Below, piece after piece: positions 18,045 through 28,100 of a stretch of 64,000 bases of DNA. The DNA is from Candidatus Kaiserbacteria bacterium (GTDB taxonomy: Bacteria > Patescibacteriota > Minisyncoccia > Phycocordibacterales > Phycocordibacteraceae). Each line of letters opens with the position of its first letter. Position 1 is the stretch's first letter. The notes under the pieces were generated by a model. It did no database searches. It saw nothing but the letters and a program-made list of their open reading frames with translations, and was not told where the DNA came from. A program made the position numbers and the translations under genes. The DNA is taken from contig DAIDIW010000001.1 in assembly GCA_027451665.1 (NCBI GenBank), positions 5,354 through 69,353 on the forward strand, given 5' to 3'.

Positions 18045-18464
18045 TCATCTATGGTACCAACGAGAGAATCCTCCTCCCCCGCCATGCCAGTAGAACCAAG
18101 ACGCGCTTGGATAACCGTACCCGTACGGCGCGAACCCCGATATGTTCCACCCGTTGGGTCCGAAATAGAAGAAAGTCGAAGTCAGACCTCCCCCATACCG
18201 CTGCCCCACGGATGGGCAGAAGAACGGGCCCGCTCCAGAGGGGATGAACGGCAGTCTTGCGTAGCGCCAGTAGCCGCTCACGACACTCCGTTGCCAACAG
18301 GCGATTGTGTGCGGCGTGGGGTTGACCGACTGTCCAGGTGCGGGCACCGGGTCGTGCGTTCCGGGAGGAGCCGTAGCACCGAGACTGAACCCTCCTCCGG
18401 TCGCACACCCTCCGAGACTCGCCGACAGCGCGGCTAAAATAAAAAGACCGATGATGCGCATCAT
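18045..18464 (-). CDS. Putative Gly/aromatic-rich lipoprotein
   Basis: MMRIIGLFILAALSASLGG|C lipobox; AGGAG SD; hairpin at 17997-18023 downstream. Confidence 0.6.
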   Translation of the reverse strand: MMRIIGLFILAALSASLGGCATGGGFSLGATAPPGTHDPVPAPGQSVNPTPHTIACWQRSVVSGYWRYARLPFIPSGAGPFFCPSVGQRYGGGLTSTFFYFGPNGWNISGFAPYGYGYPSASWFYWHGGGGGFSRWYHR

Positions 18465-18565
18465 GCGCTCCTGTTCGTTGATATACCGTCCATATAATAA
18501 CCATACATAAACAGTTTTGTCAAGTATTCCCCTCCCGTGCCGTATTTGAATGATAAAATCAGCAT

Positions 18566-20239
18566 ATGGATCTCCCGTTCGATACGTCAAAGACTGACGC
18601 GCAGCTCGCGGAAGTGCGCGGGCGTGAAGAAGAAGATGTAGTGCGCATCCTCTCTGAGAAGTACGGCATGCATTATGTTGACCTTGCACTCCACGAGATA
18701 GACACCGAAGCTCTCCGCGCCGTCCCCGAAGAGGACGCTCACAAGGCCGAAGCTGCCGTATTCGCCCGCGCGAATAAGACGCTCTCGCTTGCGGTGCATA
18801 ATCCGAATAATCGCGCTCTTCCGGGCCTCCTCCACGATCTCGAGAATCGCGGATATGCGGTAAAGCAGTTTCTCGTCTCGCATAAAAGCCTTGAGAAGGC
18901 GCTCGACCGCTATGGCGATCTCTCGTATGCGACCGAATCAAAGCCGGGCACCTTCGAGGTCAAGGGAGATACCCTCGCGCGGCTCACGGACGAGACGCGG
19001 TCGCGAACGCGTCTGCGCCAAGCGCTCGATGCCATGGTCGCGGAAAAGGCGCTCGACCGCGTCTCGCGCATCTTTGAGATCGTCCTCGCCGGCGCCTTCG
19101 CCCTCGGCGCTTCGGATATCCATGTCGAGCCGGAAGAGGAGAAGGCGCGGCTGCGGCTGCGGCTCGATGGCGTACTTACGGATGCCTACTTCTTTGATCC
19201 GAAGACCTACCATCTGCTGAACTCCCGCGTGAAGCTCCTCTCGGGCGTGAAGCTGAACGTGAGCGATCGCGCACAAGACGGGCGCTTCACGGTCTCCAAA
19301 GGCGATCGGCCCGTCGAACTGCGCGCTTCGTTCATTCCGGGTGCCTATGGCGAATCTATCGTGCTGCGTATCCTCGACCCGGAAGCGACGAAGACGTCAT
19401 TCAAGGATCTCGGCATCCCTCCGAAACTGCTCGCGCGACTCGAGAAGGAGATACGGAAACCGAACGGCATGCTGCTCACCACCGGCCCTACCGGGAGCGG
19501 CAAGACGACGACGCTCTACTCCTTCCTCCGCGAACTCGAATCCCCCGACATAAAGATCATCACAATCGAAAATCCTATCGAGTATCACCTCGAGGGAATC
19601 GTACAAACGCAGGTGGACGGGAAAAACTACACATTCTCCGAGGGCCTTAAATCCATCGTGCGACAGGACCCAGATATCATCATGGTTGGCGAGATCCGCG
19701 ATGCGGATACCGCCGATATCGCAATCCAAGCCGCGCTCACCGGACATCTCGTATTCTCTACGCTCCATACGAATGACGCCGCCGGGACCTTCCCGCGTCT
19801 CGCGGACCTCGGCGCGGACCCGAAGTCGTTCGGCTCAGCGATAACCGTCGCGATGGCCCAGCGTCTCGTGCGACGGCTCCACCCTGACCACAGGAAAGAA
19901 CGACCGCTCGAAGACGATGAGAAGGCTATGATCCGCAAAGTGTTCGAAGGATTCCCAGATGCTTCGCTCATTCCGCAGGACCCGCAGACCGTCTGGGAGC
20001 CGAATCCGGCAAACGAGGAAGATACGGGATACGCGGGACGTATTGGACTCTACGAAGCCATCTTCATGGATGACGAGCTTGCTAATTTCCTGCGCGACAA
20101 TCCGCCGGCTGCTGACATACGGAAGGCCACCATGCGCCAAGGATTCCTTACAATGGCACAGGACGGGATCGTGAAAGCCCTCGCCGGACTCACGTCGCTC
20201 AAGGAAGTTGCGGATACGGTCGGACTTCCGGACGCCTGA
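18566..20239 (+). CDS. GspE/PilB-family pilus assembly ATPase
   Basis: ASDIHVEP, QDGRF, GPTGSGKTTT, RQDPDIIMVGEIRD, TGHLVFSTLHTN. Confidence 0.93.
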   Translation: MDLPFDTSKTDAQLAEVRGREEEDVVRILSEKYGMHYVDLALHEIDTEALRAVPEEDAHKAEAAVFARANKTLSLAVHNPNNRALPGLLHDLENRGYAVKQFLVSHKSLEKALDRYGDLSYATESKPGTFEVKGDTLARLTDETRSRTRLRQALDAMVAEKALDRVSRIFEIVLAGAFALGASDIHVEPEEEKARLRLRLDGVLTDAYFFDPKTYHLLNSRVKLLSGVKLNVSDRAQDGRFTVSKGDRPVELRASFIPGAYGESIVLRILDPEATKTSFKDLGIPPKLLARLEKEIRKPNGMLLTTGPTGSGKTTTLYSFLRELESPDIKIITIENPIEYHLEGIVQTQVDGKNYTFSEGLKSIVRQDPDIIMVGEIRDADTADIAIQAALTGHLVFSTLHTNDAAGTFPRLADLGADPKSFGSAITVAMAQRLVRRLHPDHRKERPLEDDEKAMIRKVFEGFPDASLIPQDPQTVWEPNPANEEDTGYAGRIGLYEAIFMDDELANFLRDNPPAADIRKATMRQGFLTMAQDGIVKALAGLTSLKEVADTVGLPDA

Positions 20240-20252
20240 TAGCGCACAAACA

Positions 20253-20284
20253 AAAAGAAAACCCGGTCCTGCCACCGGGTTTTC
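20253..20284 (-). terminator. Intrinsic terminator of the minus-strand ncRNA (may also terminate pilB)
   Basis: AAAACCCGGT-GGCAGG-ACCGGGTTTT followed by CTTTTT. Confidence 0.75.
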
Positions 20285-20286
20285 CT

Positions 20287-20438
20287 CCCGCGCATGCTCC
20301 TCCAGGCCAAACCTACAAAATCGTAGGGTAGACAAAGCACCTGAGGAGTAACCCAGCCCCCGACCGGAGTCGGAGACCAAGCAGTCCTTGGGGCCAAGCC
20401 CGAAGCCGTCAAGCCTTGCCTAGAGGAGTATGCGTAGG
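20287..20438 (-). ncRNA. ssrS: Probable 6S RNA
   Basis: Rod fold: closing stem CGCATACTCCTCTAGGC/GCCTGGAGGAGCATGCG, central bubble with a CCTAC/GTAGG hairpin, apical 14-bp G-U-rich stem GCTTGGTCTCCGAC/GTCGGGGGCTGGGT; followed by a terminator. Confidence 0.6.
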
Positions 20439-20536
20439 ATGAAAAAGAAACGCCTTCACGATTGATTCGGAAGGTGCAGAACGAATGAAGACCGTATCTC
20501 CTTCGTGTGCTAGAATGCTAGCACTGCAGTCAATCT

Positions 20537-21514
20537 ATGTCAACCCCCCACGAGGCACCCGACGCAACGCTCCAATCGCTCGATGCAGCTTTGCGTCCCT
20601 CATCCTGGGATGACTATGTGGGCCAGAATCAGATAAAGGCGAGCGTTCGGATCGCGATAGATGCCGCAAAGAAACGCGGCGGGATGCCGGAACATTTCCT
20701 TTTCTACGGCCCTCCCGGCGTCGGAAAGACGACCCTTGCTCACCTGGTGGCTGAATCGCTGGGCTCACCGCTAAAGACGACCTCCGGCGTGGCCATCGAA
20801 CGCGCCGCAGACCTCGCGGCTATCCTCACGAACCTTGAGCCGAACACCGTGCTCTTTATCGATGAGATTCACCGCCTTTCGCACAAGATCGAGGAGCTCC
20901 TCTACCCCGCGCTCGAGTCTGGACATCTTGATATCGTGCTCGGAAAGGGTCCCTCGGCACGCACCGTCGAGCTCGCGCTGCCGCCCTTCACGCTCGTCGG
21001 TGCTACGACGAAAGTCGCTGACCTCTCCGGACCGCTTCGTTCGCGCTTCGGCGGCGGCGTGTACCAGCTCGATTTCTATACCGAGAGCGACTTGCGCGAC
21101 ATCGTGCAGCGGAGCGCGTCCGTGCTCTCGCTTGACGCACCGCAGGACGTCGTGGAGCACGTTGCTGCGAGAAGCCGAGCGACGCCACGTGTCGCGAATG
21201 CGCTTCTGAAGCGCATTCGCGATTTTTCCGAAGTGCACGAGCGTCCGCTCTCGGCATCGGTGTGCGACGAGGCCTGCGAACTCTTCGGGATAGATGGCCT
21301 CGGACTGACGAAGGACGACCGCCGGTATCTCACCACGCTTCGAGAAGCTTTCCGCGGCGGACCAGCCGGAATTCGTGCACTCGCAGCCGCACTTCATGAA
21401 GACCCAGATACGCTCGAGAACGTTTATGAACCATACCTGCTTCGCCTCGGCCTCATCGAACGTTCCTCGCGCGGACGTATCCTTACCCCAAAGGGCCGCG
21501 AATATCTCGGTTAG
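20537..21514 (+). CDS. ruvB: Holliday junction helicase RuvB
   Basis: LRPSSWDDYVGQ, GPPGVGKTT, FIDEIHRL, EPYL..RSSRGR. Confidence 0.96.
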   Translation: MSTPHEAPDATLQSLDAALRPSSWDDYVGQNQIKASVRIAIDAAKKRGGMPEHFLFYGPPGVGKTTLAHLVAESLGSPLKTTSGVAIERAADLAAILTNLEPNTVLFIDEIHRLSHKIEELLYPALESGHLDIVLGKGPSARTVELALPPFTLVGATTKVADLSGPLRSRFGGGVYQLDFYTESDLRDIVQRSASVLSLDAPQDVVEHVAARSRATPRVANALLKRIRDFSEVHERPLSASVCDEACELFGIDGLGLTKDDRRYLTTLREAFRGGPAGIRALAAALHEDPDTLENVYEPYLLRLGLIERSSRGRILTPKGREYLG

Positions 21515-21574
21515 TCCGACGTCCGCCGCGTGACCAGCTAGGCCCTTATTCGAGCTTTTGGTACAGTGTGGCGC

Positions 21575-22138
21575 ATGAGCGGACACAATAAATGGGCGCA
21601 GATCAAGCATAAGAAGGCCGCTACGGACGCGGTAAAAAGCCGCACTTTTTCACGCTTTGCGCGCCTCATCGCGCTCGAATCGAAACACACAAACGGCGAT
21701 GTGAACTCTCCCTCCCTGAAAGCGGCGATCGACCGGGCGAAAGCGGCCAATATGCCGAAGGACAATATAGAGCGCGCGGTCGCAAAAGGAACGAGCAAGG
21801 ATGCCGGCGACATGGAGCGGGTGGTATACGAAGCGTACGGTCCGGGCGGCATTGCAATCGTCGTTGAGGCGCTCACCGACAGTCGTAACCGCACGACGCA
21901 AGAGGTTAAACTCATCTTCACGAAAAACAGCATCGAGATGGCGACCCCCGGTGCGGCGACGTGGGCGTTCATAAAGCTCCCCGAGGGAGGCTTCAAGGCG
22001 AACGAGCCGCTTGTGGATATCTCCGAAGAAGATGGCGAAAAGCTCGGCACTCTACTTAATGCGCTCGATGACCATGACGACGTACAGGCGGTATTCACTA
22101 ACGCGCGCGGCTTCGAGAGTACAGCGGAGGAGGAATAA
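21575..22138 (+). CDS. yebC: YebC/PmpR-family protein (short form)
   Basis: MSGHNKWAQIKHKK, NMPKDNIERA, YEAYGPGG, DHDDVQAVFTN. Confidence 0.93.
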   Translation: MSGHNKWAQIKHKKAATDAVKSRTFSRFARLIALESKHTNGDVNSPSLKAAIDRAKAANMPKDNIERAVAKGTSKDAGDMERVVYEAYGPGGIAIVVEALTDSRNRTTQEVKLIFTKNSIEMATPGAATWAFIKLPEGGFKANEPLVDISEEDGEKLGTLLNALDDHDDVQAVFTNARGFESTAEEE

Positions 22139-22243
22139 CTCCCCCAAACCAGAGCCCGCGCACCCAACAATCATGAAGTAGGAATGCGCACTCGGTTCTT
22201 TCGATTTCTTTGGTATTAGACGCTTCAGATTTATACTGATTCC

Positions 22244-22738
22244 ATGCGCATACTCGGCATCGACCCGGGCTATGACCGGCTCGGCATCGCAGTGATCGAA
22301 GGCGACCCTTCGAAACCCTCACTCGTGTGGAGCGATTGCTTCATGCCGGCAAAAGGTGCGGCAGAACGACGCCTCTCCGCAGTCGCAGCGGCAGTAACCG
22401 CGGCAATCGGCGCGTATGCTCCTGACGCGCTGTCGATCGAAACGCTGTTCTTCAATAAGAGTGCCTCGACGGCGCTCGGCGTCGCCCAAGCACGTGGAGT
22501 GGTCCTCGCGACGGCAGGAGCCGCCGCACTGACGGTCATCGAGTGCTCGCCGCAGACAGTGAAGCTTGCGGTGACCGGCTATGGCGCTGCCGACAAGAAG
22601 GCCATCGCGCTTATGGTACCCAAGCTCATCATCCTCCCGCCGAAACAAAACCGGCTCGACGACGAACTCGACGCGATCGCGGTAGGCATCGCTGGACTCT
22701 CGCAAGCGCGCACGCAACCCCCGCCCGAGAATGCTTAG
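22244..22738 (+). CDS. ruvC: Crossover junction endodeoxyribonuclease RuvC
   Basis: ILGIDPG, IETLFF, ARGV, DDELDAIA. Confidence 0.95.
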   Translation: MRILGIDPGYDRLGIAVIEGDPSKPSLVWSDCFMPAKGAAERRLSAVAAAVTAAIGAYAPDALSIETLFFNKSASTALGVAQARGVVLATAGAAALTVIECSPQTVKLAVTGYGAADKKAIALMVPKLIILPPKQNRLDDELDAIAVGIAGLSQARTQPPPENA

Positions 22739-22825
22739 GCACAGGCGTTCTTTACTTCCCTATTGCATTACCGATATTTTTTGCTCAAATATACCGACCC
22801 GTAAGGGTTAAGCTCATATTTCCGT

Positions 22826-22942
22826 ATGTCGGATGACGAATTCCGCGATCCGTTTGAAGAAGAGGGCCCCGATACAGACGATGAGGATGAGGAGCACTTC
22901 TCGGAAGACGACGAGTCTATAGACGAGGAGGAGATGCTGTAA
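22826..22942 (+). CDS. 38-aa hyper-acidic small protein
   Basis: MSDDEFRDPFEEEGPDTDDEDEEHFSEDDESIDEEEML; followed by the hairpin TACGCCCCGG/CCGGGGGCGTG; below the ORF-track size cutoff. Confidence 0.6.
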   Translation: MSDDEFRDPFEEEGPDTDDEDEEHFSEDDESIDEEEML

Positions 22943-23029
22943 TCGGCATCTGCGGTTTCTTGACTACGCCCCCGGAAAAATCCGGGGGCGTGGTACATTA
23001 AAGGTCAGCTCCGCAATCTATCTCGAAGC

Positions 23030-25210
23030 ATGCGTTGGAATATACCGTTTAAGCACAAATTGGCCGTATCCTTTATGGCCCTTCTCGGCATCGGCGCGAT
23101 AGGCGCCGGTGCGATTCTTCTCGCCGTTGCCTTTACCCCTACGCCGGACATAGCGTCCTTCGCGAACCGGCAGGTGGATCAGTCAACGAAGATCTACGAC
23201 AGGACAGGACAGGTGCTTCTCTACGATTACAACCGCGACGCGCAACGCGATGTCATCCCTCTCACGGACGTTTCGCCGAATATGATTAACGCGGCGATTG
23301 CGATCGAGGACTCGAGCTTTTATGAACACGGGGGCATCCGAATCGCCTCGATACTTCGAGCGGCCCTTTCCGACATACTCCCGGGCGGAAATCTCCAGGG
23401 CGGCTCGACGATTACTCAGCAGGTGGTTAAGAACACGCTCCTCACGAACAGCCGCACTATAAGCCGAAAAATCCATGAATGGGTGCTCGCCATAAAGCTA
23501 GAACAGAAGTACTCAAAGAATCAGATCCTCGAGACCTATTTGAACGATATCCCGTTCGGGGGGACGCTCTATGGCGTAGAAGCAGCCTCGGAAGCATATT
23601 TCAGCGTACCGGCGAAGGATCTCGACCTTGCGCAGTCTGCATATCTAGCGGCGATGATCCAAGCACCTTCCTACTATTCGCCCTACGGACCGAACAGGGC
23701 CGCGCTTGATGCGCGCAAGGATCTGGTCCTCGACCGCATGCACACGCTCGGGTTCATAAGCGATTCCGAGTGGCAAGCGGCGAAGGCGGAAAAGGTAACG
23801 TTCTCCGCATCGCGAACGACTGGCATCATTGCCCCGCACTTTGTCTTTTACATTCTCGACCAGCTGAGGCAGGAATATGGGTCGAACGCGCTCATCTCAG
23901 GACTGAGAGTGACGACGACCTTAGATGCGGGCCTCCAGCAGCAGGCGCAGAAGATCATCGCGGATGCCGCGCCCGGGCTCCTCAAGGACGACAACGCGAG
24001 CAACGAGGCCATGGTCGCGATTGCCCCATCGACGGGCGAGATACTCGCGATGGTCGGTTCGAGCAACTTTTTCTCGACCACTACCGACGGGCAGTTCAAC
24101 GCTGCGCTCGCCCTACGCCAGCCGGGTTCGACAATGAAACCCTTCATCTACTCGCTCGCACTCGAAGACGGCTACACGCGCGACACAGTCGTATTCGATA
24201 CACCGACGCAGTTTTCGACCGCCTGTGCTGCAAGCGATGTGAGCAACAACAAAGCCCCGTGCTATGCGCCAGTCAACTACGATAACCGCTACCGCGGTCC
24301 GATGACGTTCGAGACCGCGCTCGCGCAGTCCATAAACATTCCGGCAATCAAGGTGCTCTACTTGGTCGGGATACAGAACGCAATCAACCTTGCCAAGTCA
24401 TTCGGCCTTACCTCTCTCGGTAATGCGGCGCAGTACGGACTCACTATTGTGCTCGGCGGCGGCGACGTGCGTTTGCTCGACCTCACCGATGCTTATGCGG
24501 CATTCGCTGACGGGGGCGTCCGTAATCCGCCGACTGGCATACTCGAAGTGGATGACTCCCAGGGGAACGTACTCCAGAAGTACACGCCGCAGCCGCAACG
24601 CGTGATTCCTCAGAATATCGCGAATGACATAAACGCGATGCTTTCCGATAATCCTGCGCGGGTACCCGAATATACTTTGAATTCGCCTCTCTACTTCCCC
24701 GGCTATGATGTCGCCGTGAAGACGGGAACGACCGATGATACGCGCGACGCATGGGTCGTCGGCTACACGCCGTCGATCGCCATCGGTACCTGGGCTGGCA
24801 ATAACAATAATACGCCGATGGTAAAGAGTATCGCCGGTATGATACTCGCCCCGTCCTGGCACCAGATCATGGCGTATGCGCTCTCTACGTATCCGAAGGA
24901 ATACTTTGGAGAACCGGACCCGATCCCGGCGAACGTGCCTCCAATGCTTCAGGGAAACTGGTACATACCTGACAAGACCGGCCAGCTCGTTCCCCACAGC
25001 CTCCTTTACTGGACGAATAAAAACGACCCGCTCGGGCCTCCTCCTACCAATCCTTCAGCGGACCCACAGTTCTCGCGTTGGGAATACGGCGTCTCCTACT
25101 GGTATGCCATGCACCCCGAACTGTTCAACCACGACGTGATGCACCCGGTGCCCCTCTCCGCAGCCACGACCGCCGTTGCAACTACGACTGCTGCCACGAG
25201 CGCCTTATAG
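23030..25210 (+). CDS. Class A penicillin-binding protein (transglycosylase/transpeptidase)
   Basis: EDSSFYEHGG, QGGSTITQQ, RKIHE; GSTMK, SIN, KTGT. Confidence 0.93.
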   Translation: MRWNIPFKHKLAVSFMALLGIGAIGAGAILLAVAFTPTPDIASFANRQVDQSTKIYDRTGQVLLYDYNRDAQRDVIPLTDVSPNMINAAIAIEDSSFYEHGGIRIASILRAALSDILPGGNLQGGSTITQQVVKNTLLTNSRTISRKIHEWVLAIKLEQKYSKNQILETYLNDIPFGGTLYGVEAASEAYFSVPAKDLDLAQSAYLAAMIQAPSYYSPYGPNRAALDARKDLVLDRMHTLGFISDSEWQAAKAEKVTFSASRTTGIIAPHFVFYILDQLRQEYGSNALISGLRVTTTLDAGLQQQAQKIIADAAPGLLKDDNASNEAMVAIAPSTGEILAMVGSSNFFSTTTDGQFNAALALRQPGSTMKPFIYSLALEDGYTRDTVVFDTPTQFSTACAASDVSNNKAPCYAPVNYDNRYRGPMTFETALAQSINIPAIKVLYLVGIQNAINLAKSFGLTSLGNAAQYGLTIVLGGGDVRLLDLTDAYAAFADGGVRNPPTGILEVDDSQGNVLQKYTPQPQRVIPQNIANDINAMLSDNPARVPEYTLNSPLYFPGYDVAVKTGTTDDTRDAWVVGYTPSIAIGTWAGNNNNTPMVKSIAGMILAPSWHQIMAYALSTYPKEYFGEPDPIPANVPPMLQGNWYIPDKTGQLVPHSLLYWTNKNDPLGPPPTNPSADPQFSRWEYGVSYWYAMHPELFNHDVMHPVPLSAATTAVATTTAATSAL

Positions 25211-25222
25211 CTTTTGGTTGTC

Positions 25223-26323
25223 TTATTGGTTCATTGGAGACACCAGATACAGGAGCGAGGCGTCCCCTACGCCACGAATGACGAGCGGCCGTCCTATGCC
25301 GGCAGCAGAGAGCGAGAGACTCTCTGCGCTTGTAAGTCCGAGCACAGCCGCGAGATACCGGTGATTGAATGAGATCTCGAGCGCCGACCCCTCAAGCTGA
25401 GCTGAGAGCGCCTCGGAGGATTCTCCTACATCGGCATTACGAGCGAAAAGTTCGAGACGTTTCGCCTTCACGTCGAAATCGAGCCGGATCTTCTGGAAAG
25501 AGTCGGAAAAGATGGTGACGCGGCGAAGCGCATTCTCGAAATCTCGGCGCAGCACCATAGCTTCCGCGACCGCGTCTTTGGGGATGATCTGGCGATAGTC
25601 CGGATACGCCGCGTTCGTGAGACGTGAGACAAGCAATGTGCCATTACCAGCAAACGCACATTGGTGGTCATCGAAGGACATTACGACCTCCTCATCCGGA
25701 AGCGCTTGCGCTATCTCGAGCGCATTCTTAGAGGGTATGAGAACTACGCCTTGCGTCCCCTTATTCGAGAGAGACACTTTCTTCTCGGCGAGCCGGAAGG
25801 AATCCGTAGCGACGGCAGTGAGTGTTCCTCCTTCTATTGATAAGTAGAGGCTTGCGAGCTCAGGGCGGATCGTTGAAGGAGAAGCACACGGCGCAATCGC
25901 TGAGAACAGACTTTTAAGGACTACGCCAGGTAGGGTGATATGGTTTCTTTGGTCTTCCGGAAAAGGGATACTTGGAAAATCGTCATACGGAACGGTCTTA
26001 ACTGAGGAAGTCCCAGTATCGGCTTTGACCGTAAGCGTCTCGCCGGCAGATTCGAGAGAGACGACACCCTCTCCAGAGAGCGACGACGCAAGTTGTGAAA
26101 GGATGCTCGCAGGAACAGCGACGACACCCTCACCGTCGCACCGCCCCTCTATCTTAAGATCGATGCCCGTCTCAAGGTTTGTCGCGCGCAGCTTTATACC
26201 ATCGTCCCCCGCAAGGATGAGTACTGATGAGAGCGCAGGGAGCGAACCCGCCTTCCGTTCAGCGAATCGAGCTGCGATATGCACTGCTTCAGATAATTTC
26301 TTTTTATCTATGGATATACGCAT
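25223..26323 (-). CDS. dnaN: DNA polymerase III beta clamp
   Basis: ATNLE, VATDSFRLAE, YPDYRQIIP, YLVSPM; downstream of dnaA. Confidence 0.95.
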   Translation of the reverse strand: MRISIDKKKLSEAVHIAARFAERKAGSLPALSSVLILAGDDGIKLRATNLETGIDLKIEGRCDGEGVVAVPASILSQLASSLSGEGVVSLESAGETLTVKADTGTSSVKTVPYDDFPSIPFPEDQRNHITLPGVVLKSLFSAIAPCASPSTIRPELASLYLSIEGGTLTAVATDSFRLAEKKVSLSNKGTQGVVLIPSKNALEIAQALPDEEVVMSFDDHQCAFAGNGTLLVSRLTNAAYPDYRQIIPKDAVAEAMVLRRDFENALRRVTIFSDSFQKIRLDFDVKAKRLELFARNADVGESSEALSAQLEGSALEISFNHRYLAAVLGLTSAESLSLSAAGIGRPLVIRGVGDASLLYLVSPMNQ

Positions 26324-26436
26324 ACGGATGCTTATTAGGCCTGTTGATAACAGGATAACTCGGAAACAGGCCGTATCCACTTGTCCTTTCGGGCATCACG
26401 TGCATGAAAAGCTGTTGAAAAGTAGGCCATAGGCGG
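26324..26436. promoter_or_regulatory. DnaA-box-containing dnaA-dnaN spacer (candidate oriC part)
   Basis: TGTTGATAA 26342-26350, GTATCCACT 26373-26381, TGTTGAAAA 26413-26421; further boxes upstream of dnaA (TGTGCATAA 27871-27879). Confidence 0.6.
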
Positions 26437-27789
26437 TTAGGTAAGCAAGGTACGTATATTCTGTATCTCTTTTGCCAACTCGCTATCCTCAACTACTTCA
26501 CGCTTTATCTTCTCGCAGGAGTGGATAACGGTCGTGTGATCGCGGCCACCGAGCTTGGAACCGATCGTTGGGTATGAAACGTGGAAATCCTCTCGAAGGA
26601 GATACATGATGACCTGGCGCGGACGTACGACCTCCCGACGGCGAGTCTTTTCGTAAATACTGTTTTCGTCGATGCCATAGAACTCAGCTACCTTATCTAC
26701 AACGTTTTTCACGGAGATATTCTTCTGAGGGCGAGTGAACGATCGTAGCGACTGGCGTACTTCGGCGATGTCAGGCACGCTCCCCTTCACTTGAGCATGA
26801 CAGACGATAGAGTTGACCATCCCCTCAAGCTCGCGGATGGAACCTGAAGTGGCATTCGCGACATACTCGATAACCTCGTCAGAGAGCGTCACGCCGTGCG
26901 ATGCGGCCTTTTTGCGTACGATAGCGGCACGGGATTCCTGATCAGGCTCGCCGATATCGATAGCCATGCCGCTTGCGAGCCGGCTCTTCAGACGGTCAGC
27001 AATGTCGGGAATGGCGACCGGCGGTCGGTCTGAGGAGAAGACAATCTGCTTATTGTTATCGTAGAGGGCATTAAAGAGATGGAAGAGTTCTTCCTGTGTC
27101 TTATCCTTCTTCGAGAGGAACTGGACGTCATCCATGATGAGGAGGTCGTACTGGCGGTACTTATCCTTGAATCGGTTGGCCGTTCCGCTCTGCACCGCAT
27201 CGGTGAAGTCCACTACGAATTTTTCCGAGGTGAGGTAGAACGCCTTACGGCCTGGGTGCTGCTTCTTGAAATAATTTCCGATCGCCTGAATGAGGTGTGT
27301 CTTTCCTCTCCCGGTGTCTCCGTATATGAAGAGTGGGTTGTAGGTGATGCCCGGGCGCTGGATGACCGCCTGCGCTGCGGCGTAGGCGAGATTATTGAAA
27401 GACCCTATGACGAATGTATCGAAGGTATATTTAGGGTTCAGGTTGTCGCTCTTGTTGATATAGAACTCATCGAGCGGAAGTTCCATTGCACCGCGCTCGT
27501 TACGCGGTTCGCGAGGAGGTTTCCGGCGCTCATCTTTGACGATGAGATATTCGATATTCCGAAATTCATAAGAAATATCGCGCACAATCTTAAGGAGGAG
27601 CGTATGGAACTTCTTCAGGTACCAATCCTTGAAGAACTGACTCGGCACGCCAATATAGACGATACCGTCCTCCCCGATCTTCACGATAGAACTGTCGCGG
27701 AACCACGTATTGAAGTTCGCAGGGGAGATGGAGAGCTCGACTTGAGTCAGGATGTATTCCCAGAGTTCACGAGGATTTGCTTTGTCCAT
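26437..27789 (-). CDS. dnaA: Chromosomal replication initiator DnaA
   Basis: LNPKYTFDTFV, YNPLFIYGDTGRGKTHL, DDVQFL, GGRDHTTVIHS. Confidence 0.97.
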   Translation of the reverse strand: MDKANPRELWEYILTQVELSISPANFNTWFRDSSIVKIGEDGIVYIGVPSQFFKDWYLKKFHTLLLKIVRDISYEFRNIEYLIVKDERRKPPREPRNERGAMELPLDEFYINKSDNLNPKYTFDTFVIGSFNNLAYAAAQAVIQRPGITYNPLFIYGDTGRGKTHLIQAIGNYFKKQHPGRKAFYLTSEKFVVDFTDAVQSGTANRFKDKYRQYDLLIMDDVQFLSKKDKTQEELFHLFNALYDNNKQIVFSSDRPPVAIPDIADRLKSRLASGMAIDIGEPDQESRAAIVRKKAASHGVTLSDEVIEYVANATSGSIRELEGMVNSIVCHAQVKGSVPDIAEVRQSLRSFTRPQKNISVKNVVDKVAEFYGIDENSIYEKTRRREVVRPRQVIMYLLREDFHVSYPTIGSKLGGRDHTTVIHSCEKIKREVVEDSELAKEIQNIRTLLT

Positions 27790-27959
27790 ACACCTGAGTC
27801 GGTGGAGGCATTATACGCGCATGACGAGCGGCTGCCAGACTGGCATTTCGTGGAGAACCTGTTAGTATGCTGTGCATAACTACGATCTTGCGGTGACGCG
27901 GCGAATGCCCCTGGCAGTTTCGCCGAGGACGCGTTACGATACGGATAAATCTCAGACTC

Positions 27960-28100
27960 ATGGCAACAAAACGAACCTACCAGCCGAAGAGGCGCAAGCG
28001 TGCGAAGACGCACGGCTTCCGTGCGCGTACGGCGACCACTGCCGGCAAAAAAATCGTCCAGCGTCGCCGTCGCCAGGGACGCAAGAAGTTGACGGCCTAA
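27960..28100 (+). CDS. rpmH: 50S ribosomal protein L34
   Basis: Manual translation [46 protein letters not shown]. Confidence 0.95.
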   Translation: MATKRTYQPKRRKRAKTHGFRARTATTAGKKIVQRRRRQGRKKLTA

